Positions 40,123-49,309 are shown, counted from the first letter of the stretch. The stretch is 64,000 nucleotides of DNA from an uncultured virus (IMG/VR IMGVR_UViG_3300032163_000924) (IMGVR_UViG_3300032163_000924), one strand, 5' to 3'. Notes: generated by a model from the sequence alone, not told the origin. Program-made: numbers and translations.

Positions 40123-40386
40123 ATGAGTTTAAAAGTAGTTCGCTTTAGCGCCGAATGGTGTCAACCATGCAAGTTGTTGTCTAAAGTAATGGATCGAATA
40201 AGTGAAAATATGCCGGATGTATCATTCGAAACAATCGATATAGATGAGCAACCGGAGTTAGCTTCTTCTATGGCTGTGCGTGCTGTGCCTACTATGGTGT
40301 TTATTAAAGATGGCAAGATAGTTGATGTAATAGTTGGACTACAAAAAGAAGCTTATATAGTTAGTATGATTAATAAGTGGAAATAA
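40123..40386 (+). CDS. trxA: Thioredoxin
   Basis: FSAEWCQPCK active site and VRAVPT cis-Pro loop; AGGAG RBS. Confidence 0.9.
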   Translation: MSLKVVRFSAEWCQPCKLLSKVMDRISENMPDVSFETIDIDEQPELASSMAVRAVPTMVFIKDGKIVDVIVGLQKEAYIVSMINKWK

Positions 40387-40387
40387 T

Positions 40388-40546
40388 ATGACCAAGAAAG
40401 AATATTTGGAGTTACAAAAGAAAATGTGGAAAGTAATAGAAGAAAAAATGCCACCAGCAGAATTTCAGGTTAGTGATGATGATCCGACAGATTTTATCGA
40501 ATATTTAGAAAACAGATATATTAAAATGTTGGCGGGGTTAGAATGA
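40388..40546 (+). CDS. Small hypothetical protein (52 aa, not in ORF track)
   Basis: MTKKEYLELQKKMWKV...KMLAGLE; fills the gap and its stop overlaps the next ATG. Confidence 0.5.
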   Translation: MTKKEYLELQKKMWKVIEEKMPPAEFQVSDDDPTDFIEYLENRYIKMLAGLE

Positions 40547-41499
40547 AAATTGCAGTTACAGGGAGCGCTGGCTTTATTGGCTCAAATTTGGTTGATGCTT
40601 GCTTGGCTTGTGAGTGGGATGTTGTTGGTATAGATAACCTTTCAACAGGTTTTGACGATATGGCCGATCCCATTAGAGTTGCGCATCTACCCGGACATTA
40701 TATGTTTGCTAAAATGGATATAAACGATACTGATTTACTGGCACAGCGTTTTGATAATTGTGAGGTAGTTTTTCATCTAGCCGCACTTCCCCGCGTGTCA
40801 TTTAGTATAGATCATCCACTTGAAGCAGATTACGCCAATGTACATGGAACTTTAAGTGTATTGGAAGCAGCTCGAAAGGCTGGTGTTAAGCGAGTGGTGT
40901 TTAGTAGCTCAAGTTCTGTATATGGTGGTATGTGCGATTTCCCAACAAAAGAAGATTCGATACCACATCCAATGTCTCCCTACGCTTTGCACAAATTAAC
41001 ATGTGAACACTATATGAGGCTGTATAGTAAATTGCACGGACTTGATACTGTATGCTTGCGGTATTTTAATGTTACGGGTCAGTATCAGAGAGCAGGATCG
41101 GCCTATGCAACTTTAATCCCAATACTTATGGAAAAGGCAATTAAAGATGAGGTATGCATAATAAACGGTGATGGTGAAATATCTCGTGATTTTTGTCCGG
41201 TAGAAAATGTGGTTCAGGCAAATCTATTGGCTGCAAATTATTCAGATAAGTTAGACGGCGCAATATTCAATGTGGCTTGTGGCAAATACACTACGATTAA
41301 TGAAGTATATGATAGAATATGTAAGTTAGCAGGCAAGACAATACAAAAACGACATGGCCCTTATCGATTAGGAGATCCATTAAAAAGTTTGGCTGATATT
41401 ACGAAGTCTCAAACGGTATTGGGATATAAGCCTGTTATTACTTTGGATGAAAGTTTGCAAAAGACTTGGGCGTGGTGGAAGGAAAGGTATCATATTTAA
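40543..41499 (+). CDS. NAD-dependent nucleotide-sugar epimerase (WbpP/GalE-like)
   Basis: TGSAGFIGSNL, HLAA, SSSSVYG, SPYALHK, LRYFNV and GDGEISRDF motifs. Confidence 0.9.
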   Translation: MKIAVTGSAGFIGSNLVDACLACEWDVVGIDNLSTGFDDMADPIRVAHLPGHYMFAKMDINDTDLLAQRFDNCEVVFHLAALPRVSFSIDHPLEADYANVHGTLSVLEAARKAGVKRVVFSSSSSVYGGMCDFPTKEDSIPHPMSPYALHKLTCEHYMRLYSKLHGLDTVCLRYFNVTGQYQRAGSAYATLIPILMEKAIKDEVCIINGDGEISRDFCPVENVVQANLLAANYSDKLDGAIFNVACGKYTTINEVYDRICKLAGKTIQKRHGPYRLGDPLKSLADITKSQTVLGYKPVITLDESLQKTWAWWKERYHI

Positions 41500-41535
41500 A
41501 TTAATGATATAAAATTTAAACACAAGGCAATTTAT

Positions 41536-42609
41536 ATGGCAAACAGAAACTCAGATGGTACATTTATAAGTACTTTTAATATAACAAAGAAAGAGTTAAA
41601 TCATTTGTATTGGGAAATGTGGATGAGCGTATCTAAGATAGCGACATTAAAAAATGTAAATAGAACAACAATAATAAGAAAATTAAATCAATTAAACATA
41701 CATAAAAGAAACGGAAATGAAATTGATATGCGCAACATAAAATTTGGAAAATTAACTGGTATTAAATTAATTGGATCTAGAAATAGAAGATCAATATGGT
41801 TGTTTAAATGCGATTGTGGTAATAAAATAGAATATTCTGGTTGTGATGTTAGAAATGGGCACTCGTCCTCGTGTCGACGATGTGATGAGATAGATTTAAT
41901 AAATAAAAAATTCGGAAAATTAAAGGTTTTCAAAACTTTTTATAAAAATATAAAAGTTCGGAATAAAAGCGTAAATAGATTATTTTGTGAAGTTATGTGT
42001 GAGTGTAATAAATGCACTATCGTTTCGGCCGGACACTTAAAGACTGGACATACTACCTCATGTGGTAATATGATTTGCAATGGACTTATTGAAGATTTAT
42101 CTGGGAAACAGTTTTGTATGTTAAAAGTAATAGAATTCTCACACACTGAAAATGGACAATCAAAATGGAAGTGTGAGTGCAGGTGTGGAAAAATAAAAGT
42201 TATTGGGGCAAATACTTTAAAAATGGGAACAACTCAATCTTGCGGGTGTTGTAGGAATATTAACGAAACTAATCTAGAAGACATATTAAAAAATATTTTT
42301 CCAAAATTTGTAATAAAAAGACATTATAGTACTAAATTTTTAAAGCGACAACATTTGGATTTTGGAATAATAAATGATAAAGAATGTTTTTTGGCAATAG
42401 AATATGATGGAATACAACATTTTGAGGCAATTGAATTTTTTGGCGGAAAGAAAAGATTTAAAGAACAACAGGAGAGAGATCAAAGAAAAAATAAAATAAT
42501 GGCGGATAATATAGACAAAATAAAATATTTTATTAGAATTCCATATTGGGAAGATATAAGTGAAAAAAATATAATAAAAATTTTAAAAGATAGTGGGGTA
42601 AATTTATGA
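41536..42609 (+). CDS. Free-standing endonuclease with N-terminal HTH, KFGKL/CxCG repeats and Vsr-like domain
   Basis: ELNHLYW...SVSKIA HTH; three KFGKL...C.C..G...SC repeats; LAIEYDGIQHF and FIRIPYW. Confidence 0.8.
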   Translation: MANRNSDGTFISTFNITKKELNHLYWEMWMSVSKIATLKNVNRTTIIRKLNQLNIHKRNGNEIDMRNIKFGKLTGIKLIGSRNRRSIWLFKCDCGNKIEYSGCDVRNGHSSSCRRCDEIDLINKKFGKLKVFKTFYKNIKVRNKSVNRLFCEVMCECNKCTIVSAGHLKTGHTTSCGNMICNGLIEDLSGKQFCMLKVIEFSHTENGQSKWKCECRCGKIKVIGANTLKMGTTQSCGCCRNINETNLEDILKNIFPKFVIKRHYSTKFLKRQHLDFGIINDKECFLAIEYDGIQHFEAIEFFGGKKRFKEQQERDQRKNKIMADNIDKIKYFIRIPYWEDISEKNIIKILKDSGVNL

Positions 42610-43487
42610 ACGAGTATAAGAAAAATTTTAATATTTCTATTATTGGTTGTGGTTTTTTGGGTAGTGCATTATCATCTGGATTTAGTAACTACGCCAATAT
42701 AAAGATATACGATAAATATAAAAATTTTGATAGTATTGAGGAAACTACAAAACACGGCGATATAATATTCTTTTGCTTACCAACACCATTTTATATTGAT
42801 GATAATGGTAAACAAGATCTAACGATTATAGAGGGCGCTATTAGTGAAGTACATAATCTAATAGAAGATGGATCCGAAAAAATAGCAGTGATTAAATCAA
42901 CAGTATTGCCTGGTACTGCTCGCAAATTTCAAAAACAGTTCCCCAAATTCAAGTTTGTTTCAAATCCAGAGTTTCTATCTGCATCATCCGCAAGAATTGA
43001 TTTTATGTGTGCAGCTAGAAATATATTGGGCGGCGAAACAAAGGATACTGAAAAGGTTGATGCTTTATACAAACATAGATTTGGTAATTCATTATTAACT
43101 TTTAAGACTTCGTGGGAAGGCGCGGAACTCTGTAAATATTCATGCAATATGTTTTTCGCAGTTAAACTAAGCTTTTTCAACTATATTTATTCAGTTTGTG
43201 AAAAAATGAATTTGGATTTCAATGAAGTTAGGGATATGGTAGTTTCGGATTCTAGAATTGGACGATCTCATGATAAAGTACCAGGAACGGATGGTCGAGG
43301 TTGGGCATCATTTTGTTTGCCAAAAGATATGTTAGCCTTTCTCAATTATTCAAAAGAAATAGGGTTAGATCCAAAACTATTACAGGCATCGTGGGATCAG
43401 AATTTGGAAGATAGGCCGAGTAAAGATTGGGAAAAATTAGGATCATCGGTTGTAAGTTATAAAAATGGTAAAAAAACATATGGATAA
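42606..43487 (+). CDS. ugd: UDP-glucose/GDP-mannose 6-dehydrogenase family (short form)
   Basis: IIGCGFLG, CLPTP, IKSTVLPGT, SNPEFL, AELCKY..N, DSRIG and CLPKD motifs. Confidence 0.85.
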   Translation: MNEYKKNFNISIIGCGFLGSALSSGFSNYANIKIYDKYKNFDSIEETTKHGDIIFFCLPTPFYIDDNGKQDLTIIEGAISEVHNLIEDGSEKIAVIKSTVLPGTARKFQKQFPKFKFVSNPEFLSASSARIDFMCAARNILGGETKDTEKVDALYKHRFGNSLLTFKTSWEGAELCKYSCNMFFAVKLSFFNYIYSVCEKMNLDFNEVRDMVVSDSRIGRSHDKVPGTDGRGWASFCLPKDMLAFLNYSKEIGLDPKLLQASWDQNLEDRPSKDWEKLGSSVVSYKNGKKTYG

Positions 43488-43583
43488 AATAATTGATATA
43501 GTTGGATATATTAAAGATACTTATTCATAGAGACAGATTTTAGTGCCGATGAGATCAATGCTATAATAAAACGGACGAAATAA

Positions 43584-43898
43584 ATGAACTATGACAAAAA
43601 ACCTTGGGGTTATGAGTTAGTATGGGCAAATACGGAGGCATATTCTGGTAGGGTATTGATAATCAAGCAGGGGGATTCGACAAATTTTTTATATCACAAG
43701 ACGCGAGACAAGACAATATTTGTTTTACAAGGCATAGTTAATCTGATACTAGAAAGTAGAACTAAACTATTGAATGAAGGCGAGCAATACCATATTCCTG
43801 CAAAAGTTATGCATCAATTAGTGGCAGTAAAGGGAGACGCAACTATATTAGAATCAGGAACTAAACTGTTAGATGATGTAATAGAGATAAAAAGGTAA
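43584..43898 (+). CDS. Cupin (mannose-6-phosphate-isomerase-like)
   Basis: KPWGYE, YH...DKTIFVLQG and HIPAKVMHQL motifs. Confidence 0.75.
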   Translation: MNYDKKPWGYELVWANTEAYSGRVLIIKQGDSTNFLYHKTRDKTIFVLQGIVNLILESRTKLLNEGEQYHIPAKVMHQLVAVKGDATILESGTKLLDDVIEIKR

Positions 43899-43900
43899 AT

Positions 43901-44872
43901 ATGGATAATACTCAATATGCCAAGCAATTATGTTTAGAACGCGATTATCATAAGTGTAGACATTGTGGTTCTACTAATGAATTAGATGTACGTAGATTGA
44001 TAGAACGAGATGGCGCACTGGGATGGCATTTATCAAACCTAATAAGCCTTTGTAATAATTGTGCATCAGAATCAGAGGAGGCACGTTTAAACTACAAACA
44101 TAATCGAATAGGTGTTATTCTTTGCGGTGGTCGTGGAACTAGGCTATACCCATTGACCAAATATCAGAACAAGCATACGTTGCCAATAGGATTAGTTCCT
44201 ATGATTTTTTATCCGCTCAAAACCTTACGCAAATTTGGGATTAGACGGGTTTTGATTGTTGTTGATCGTGAAGGAACTAATGCGACTATGGAAATGTTGG
44301 GTAGTGGTAAGGAATTCGGTTTAGATATTTCCTATAAAGTTCAGGAAGGGGCCGGCGGTATTTCGGAAGCTCTGTATTTAGCTAAAGATTTTGCACAACC
44401 AAGAGATGAAATAGTTTGTATTTTAGGAGATAATATATTTGAAGATGGGGATGTGGATTTTAATATAAATCTTGGCGATGATAAAGCTTGTATCTATGTC
44501 AAAGAAGTTTCAAACCCACAAGACTATGGTGTTGCTACTACGCTTGGTGGCAAAGTTGTTCGAATAATAGAAAAGCCAAAGCAACCAGAAAGTAATTTAG
44601 CTGTTGTAGGATTGTATCTCTATACTTACGATGTATTTGATATTATAGAGACTATTAGGCCTAGTGATCGTGGCGAGTTAGAGATAAGTGCAGTAAATGA
44701 TTATTATGCATCGCAAAACAAATTACAATTCAAAATGGTAAATGGATACTGGGGCGACGCTGGTGGTTCAATTCGTAGATATGCAGAATGTAATATGCAT
44801 GGAGTTAAGAAGGCAAATGTTTCGGCAAAAGAGATAGAAGAATTCAAAAATATAGTTTTTGATGAGAAATAA
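43901..44872 (+). CDS. rmlA: Glucose-1-phosphate thymidylyltransferase with N-terminal degenerate HNH domain
   Basis: GVILCGGRGTRLYPLT, LGSGKEFG, ILGDN, EKP, RGELEI and WGDAG; first ~65 aa ERD...CRHCG...NLISLCNNC. Confidence 0.85.
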   Translation: MDNTQYAKQLCLERDYHKCRHCGSTNELDVRRLIERDGALGWHLSNLISLCNNCASESEEARLNYKHNRIGVILCGGRGTRLYPLTKYQNKHTLPIGLVPMIFYPLKTLRKFGIRRVLIVVDREGTNATMEMLGSGKEFGLDISYKVQEGAGGISEALYLAKDFAQPRDEIVCILGDNIFEDGDVDFNINLGDDKACIYVKEVSNPQDYGVATTLGGKVVRIIEKPKQPESNLAVVGLYLYTYDVFDIIETIRPSDRGELEISAVNDYYASQNKLQFKMVNGYWGDAGGSIRRYAECNMHGVKKANVSAKEIEEFKNIVFDEK

Positions 44873-44873
44873 T

Positions 44874-45095
44874 ATGGCTATGAAACGAGAGGTAAGATGC
44901 ACTTACTTGGCTGTTTTAAAAGAGAATGCAATGATCGTTGGGGTTGATGAGTTGATAAATTTTTATGAGGATTACGCAAAATTTAGACAAAAAATGTTGA
45001 ACAATACTGCTGCACCAAATTCTCTAAAAGCCCAATTGCAGCCGATAAGTATGCCACAATATGTAGAGTGGCTAAAAAAGATGACGGATAAATAA
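44874..45095 (+). CDS. Small protein, near-match to KxxY family
   Basis: MKREVRCTYLAVL from ATG 44880. Confidence 0.5.
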   Translation: MAMKREVRCTYLAVLKENAMIVGVDELINFYEDYAKFRQKMLNNTAAPNSLKAQLQPISMPQYVEWLKKMTDK

Positions 45096-45096
45096 A

Positions 45097-46047
45097 ATGA
45101 TTAAAATTTTAGTTACAGGATCATGCGGTTTTATCTTCTCCAATTTTGTTATATATGCCTTACAAAAAACAGATTGGGATATTGTAAGTATAGATAAACT
45201 AACTTATGCTGGTTCGCTACTTAATGTGCCACAGGTTAAAAGACATAAGTTATATATAGGAGATATATGCGATCAACATTTTGTAAATAAAATTTTTGAA
45301 ATAGAAAAGCCTGATATAGTAATTCATGGTGCAGCCGAATCACATGTAGATAATTCCATAACTAACGCCGAAGTATTTATCAAAACTAATGTATTGGGTA
45401 CTTATAATATGTTGGAGGCGGCTAGAAAAGTTCATACGCCTAGAAAATTTATTAATACGTCAACTGATGAGATATATGGAAGCGTAGAAGTTGGTAGTTC
45501 AACAGAAAATGCTAAATTAGAACCACGCAGTCCATATTCGAGCAGTAAGGCATCAGCAGATTTATTAGGTCAATCATATTTTATTACTTATGGTTTGCCG
45601 GTTATTACTACTAGATGTTCAAACAACTATGGCCCAAGACAGCATATAGAAAAGTTTATTCCAAAAATTATAACCAATATTATGTTGAATAAGAAAATAC
45701 CACTTTATGGGGGTGGCAAGAATAAGAGAGAGTGGATTTATGTTCTCGATAATTATGGTGCAATTATGACTATTATAGAGAAAGGCAGTCCCGGCGAAAT
45801 ATACAACATAAGTTCTGGTTATGAAAAAGAAAATAAAGAAATAATAAATGACATTTGCAAGATAATGGGAAGGGGCAAGGACCTGGTTGAGATGGTAAGC
45901 GATAGACTTGGGCATGATCGTAGATATTCTGTTAATTGCAATAAATTAAAAGATTTGGGATGGACGCCCAAATTTAATTTTGAAGAATCTTTAAAACACA
46001 CAATAGGTTGGTATAAGAGCAATTCCTACTGGTTTAATAAAAAATGA
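45097..46047 (+). CDS. rmlB: dTDP-glucose 4,6-dehydratase
   Basis: DKLTYAG, AAESHVD, STDEIYG, PYSSSKA, RCSNNYGP and DRLGHDRRY motifs. Confidence 0.95.
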   Translation: MIKILVTGSCGFIFSNFVIYALQKTDWDIVSIDKLTYAGSLLNVPQVKRHKLYIGDICDQHFVNKIFEIEKPDIVIHGAAESHVDNSITNAEVFIKTNVLGTYNMLEAARKVHTPRKFINTSTDEIYGSVEVGSSTENAKLEPRSPYSSSKASADLLGQSYFITYGLPVITTRCSNNYGPRQHIEKFIPKIITNIMLNKKIPLYGGGKNKREWIYVLDNYGAIMTIIEKGSPGEIYNISSGYEKENKEIINDICKIMGRGKDLVEMVSDRLGHDRRYSVNCNKLKDLGWTPKFNFEESLKHTIGWYKSNSYWFNKK

Positions 46048-46733
46048 ATTTGCTTTTAGGTGGTTATGGCAGATTGGGTATGGAGCTACAAAAGCATCTT
46101 GTATGTGATACTCCAACTAGGCAAGAATATGACATAACAAAAAATGTAACATTTAGTACAACTTATGATAATGTAATTTTATCAGCGGCTTTTACCGATG
46201 TGCCACGAGCTGAAATTAATAGACTAGATGTTATTAATACCAATATAATAGGAACAAAAAATATAGCAGAAAGATATTTTAGATCTAGAATAGTGTATAT
46301 ATCTACTGACTATGTGTATGAGGGCAAATATGGCAATTATAAAGAATCCGATTTACCCAAGCCATTTAATTTTTATGGGTTTAGCAAATTAGCTGGAGAA
46401 GCCTTTATGAACCTCGACAAAGACCTAGTTATTAGAACTAGTTTCAAACCAATGAATAAGTGGGCATTTGATGCAGCATTCAGTGATATATATACGTCAG
46501 CAGATTATGTAGATATTTTAGCAAAAGATATTGCTATAGTTATTAAATCAGATATTACTGGCATAATAAATGTAGGCACTGAAAGAAAATCAATATATGA
46601 TTTGGCTATTAGGCGAAATCCAAATGTAGGAAGAATGTCTAAAAATAGTATTAAAACAGTTAATTTGCCAGAAGATATTTCTATGGATATATCGAAATTA
46701 TTAATTATTAAAAATAAATATGGAGGAAGTTAA
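46044..46733 (+). CDS. rmlD: dTDP-4-dehydrorhamnose reductase (short form)
   Basis: GGYGRLG, AAFTDV..AE, YISTDYVY, YGFSKLAGE and IRTS motifs. Confidence 0.85.
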   Translation: MNLLLGGYGRLGMELQKHLVCDTPTRQEYDITKNVTFSTTYDNVILSAAFTDVPRAEINRLDVINTNIIGTKNIAERYFRSRIVYISTDYVYEGKYGNYKESDLPKPFNFYGFSKLAGEAFMNLDKDLVIRTSFKPMNKWAFDAAFSDIYTSADYVDILAKDIAIVIKSDITGIINVGTERKSIYDLAIRRNPNVGRMSKNSIKTVNLPEDISMDISKLLIIKNKYGGS

Positions 46734-46734
46734 G

Positions 46735-48135
46735 ATGTCAGATAATAAAGATGGGGTTGTGGTATCCGAAGTTAATATGGAGACTACAAAAACTTCAGAA
46801 GATGTAAAGAAAGAAAATGAAGTATTAGAAAAGGAATTACAACCGAAAGCAAAAAAAGTTTCAATCCAAGATGTGTTAAAGGAAAAAGAAGAAAATAAAG
46901 GGAGAAAATCCAGTATGCCAGTTATATTAGTGGATCAACAAGATCGGAGTATTAATATTGGTGTGGTAGGTGTTGGGCAGTGTGGCTCCAAATTAGCCGA
47001 AGAGTTTTATAATAGAGGCTATCCTGTTGTTGTAATTAATACAGCAATGCAAGATCTCAAGTATATAAATGTTCCAGAGAAACAAAAGTTATTTTTGGAT
47101 TATGCTTTGGGTGGTGCAGCTAAAGATTTAGAAACTGGCCAGGCTGCTGCGGAAGAATATTCCGAGGCAATTACGGAAATGCTACAAGGACATTTGAGCG
47201 AAAGTGACGTCTTATTACTAGCTACGTCTGGTGGTGGCGGTACGGGTTCGGGATCGGCAGAAACGATGGTAAAGATCATGTCTGGTATGGGAAAGCCGCT
47301 ATCAGTAATTTTCGTACTCCCATTAGTAAGTGAGGATGTGCTATCAAAATTCAACGCTTTATCAACATTATCCAAGTTGGCAAAATTAGCAAAAGATGAT
47401 GTTATTAATTCATTAATTGTGGTAGACAATGCTAAGATGGAACTTATGCACGCTGGTCGCTCAATGGCAGATTTTTGGAAGATTGCAAACAACGCCATAG
47501 TGGAACCATTGCATTTATTCAATCAGCTTTCCGCTAACTCCTCTGCTTATACATCGCTAGATCCTATGGACTTTTCTAGATTGTTCATCGGGACGGGTGA
47601 TTGTGCCTTGTATGGCACTATTACAGTTGAAAATTACCTTGAAGATGATGCAATAGCCGAAGCAATGCTAACAAGTGTCGAAAATGGATTACTGGCAAGT
47701 GATTTTGATTTAACCCAAACACGATCTGCCGGCGTAATAATAACTGGAACTAAGGCAGTACTAGAAAAAATTCCAGCGGCTAATTTAGAGTACGGTTTTG
47801 CCATGTTGAGTAAAATTTGTAATGAAGGTACCAGAGTGTTTAGGGGCGTCTACGAATCGTCAGGCAAAGATAATGTGCTACATATTTATAGTTTTTTTAG
47901 TGGCTTGGGGCTACCAGAAGATCGAATTCAAGAGTTAAAGTTAGAGGCAGAAAAGCATATGGAAATCCTAAAAAGCAAAGAAAATAGTCGAGCATCTACT
48001 ATGGTTATAGACATGGGCAGAACACAAACTGTAAGTGCTGCTGATGCTCTTCATAAAAAAATTACCCAAAAACACTCTGCTATGGGAAAACTTACTAATA
48101 ACTCAAAACGAGTAATAGACAAGCGAAGGAGATAG
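46735..48135 (+). CDS. Tubulin/FtsZ-family GTPase (CetZ/TubZ/PhuZ-like)
   Basis: GVGQCGSKLA, INTA..DL, GGAAKD...G, GGGTGSG signature, VDN and LDPMDF; GGAGG RBS before ATG 46735. Confidence 0.85.
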   Translation: MSDNKDGVVVSEVNMETTKTSEDVKKENEVLEKELQPKAKKVSIQDVLKEKEENKGRKSSMPVILVDQQDRSINIGVVGVGQCGSKLAEEFYNRGYPVVVINTAMQDLKYINVPEKQKLFLDYALGGAAKDLETGQAAAEEYSEAITEMLQGHLSESDVLLLATSGGGGTGSGSAETMVKIMSGMGKPLSVIFVLPLVSEDVLSKFNALSTLSKLAKLAKDDVINSLIVVDNAKMELMHAGRSMADFWKIANNAIVEPLHLFNQLSANSSAYTSLDPMDFSRLFIGTGDCALYGTITVENYLEDDAIAEAMLTSVENGLLASDFDLTQTRSAGVIITGTKAVLEKIPAANLEYGFAMLSKICNEGTRVFRGVYESSGKDNVLHIYSFFSGLGLPEDRIQELKLEAEKHMEILKSKENSRASTMVIDMGRTQTVSAADALHKKITQKHSAMGKLTNNSKRVIDKRRR

Positions 48136-48138
48136 TGG

Positions 48139-49275
48139 GTGTCTAAAAAACATACATATAAGTATGTATATAACAAATTAAAAAAATTGGGATTTGGTTT
48201 ATTATCAGATTACACCGATGCTCGCTCTATAATAACTGTAAAGTGCACATGCGGTAAGAAATGGAAAACAAGATATGCATGTATAGTTTATGGCAAGCAG
48301 AGTTGTAATGATTGCGCACAAAATAAAAAAAGACAAAAGTTGGCTTTTTCATATGATTATGTTAAAAAATATATTAAAGCATTAAATGGTATACTTATAT
48401 CAAAGGAATACATAAATTCTGGGCATCCAATAAAAATAAAATGTTTGGAATGCAATAATTTATGGGAAACGGTATTTGGAGATATAAAGCGCGGACATTG
48501 GTGTATGAAATGCGCAGCAAATAAACGGGCAAGAAAAGTGGCCTATACACAATCATATGTAAACGGGGTAATAAAAAAGAAGGGCGGAACACTACTAAAT
48601 GAATATAAATCCGTTGATACAAAGTTAGAAATATCAGATCAATTTGGTCATAGTTGGTCGCAAACATTCAAATCAATATTAGATGATGTATGGTGCCCGT
48701 ATTGCTCTGGGAGAAAAATAACAAAAGATGATTTTAAAAGTATTGTGACAAATAATGATGGTAAACTTTTAAATTTCGAAGGGGAAACTCCAAATTCAAA
48801 ATGTAAAATAAAATGTAATAAATGCGATTATATTTGGAATACTACAATTAGAGCAATAAAATATGATAAAACTTGGTGCCCAAATTGTAATGTTAGAAAG
48901 AGACAGTCAGAGTTAACAAATTTGATTAAAAGTATATTTGCAAAATATACGATAATATGTAACTATCGCGGATTTAAATGGCTTAATACCGAAAGAGGTG
49001 GTAGGCAAGAACTAGATATTTATATTCCCGAAATAAAGCTAGCCATAGAGTATGATGGCGAACAGCATTTTCGGCCAGTTGCTTTTGGCGGAATATCAGA
49101 AAAGAGGGCAGAAGAAAATTTTAAACGTACAAAACAATTAGACGGCATAAAGAATAGAAAGATAAAAAAACATACAAATGATATTAAATATTTTATAAGA
49201 TTCAGCTATAAAGAAAATATTACTAAAGAATTGGTTATTGAAAGATTGATAGATAAGGGTATCACAATACCTTAA
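48139..49275 (+). CDS. Free-standing zinc-ribbon-repeat endonuclease
   Basis: Four G.L...C..C...W...WC..C repeats; QELDIYIPEIKLAIEYDGEQHF. Confidence 0.8.
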   Translation: MSKKHTYKYVYNKLKKLGFGLLSDYTDARSIITVKCTCGKKWKTRYACIVYGKQSCNDCAQNKKRQKLAFSYDYVKKYIKALNGILISKEYINSGHPIKIKCLECNNLWETVFGDIKRGHWCMKCAANKRARKVAYTQSYVNGVIKKKGGTLLNEYKSVDTKLEISDQFGHSWSQTFKSILDDVWCPYCSGRKITKDDFKSIVTNNDGKLLNFEGETPNSKCKIKCNKCDYIWNTTIRAIKYDKTWCPNCNVRKRQSELTNLIKSIFAKYTIICNYRGFKWLNTERGGRQELDIYIPEIKLAIEYDGEQHFRPVAFGGISEKRAEENFKRTKQLDGIKNRKIKKHTNDIKYFIRFSYKENITKELVIERLIDKGITIP

Positions 49276-49309
49276 AAACATCTATTCAATAAGTTTTTGG
49301 AATCCACAA

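Noticed and set aside
43488..43583. Gap with a 16-codon ORF (MDKIIDIVGYIKDTYS) starting at 43480
   Set aside because: Too short and does not fit the family motif.
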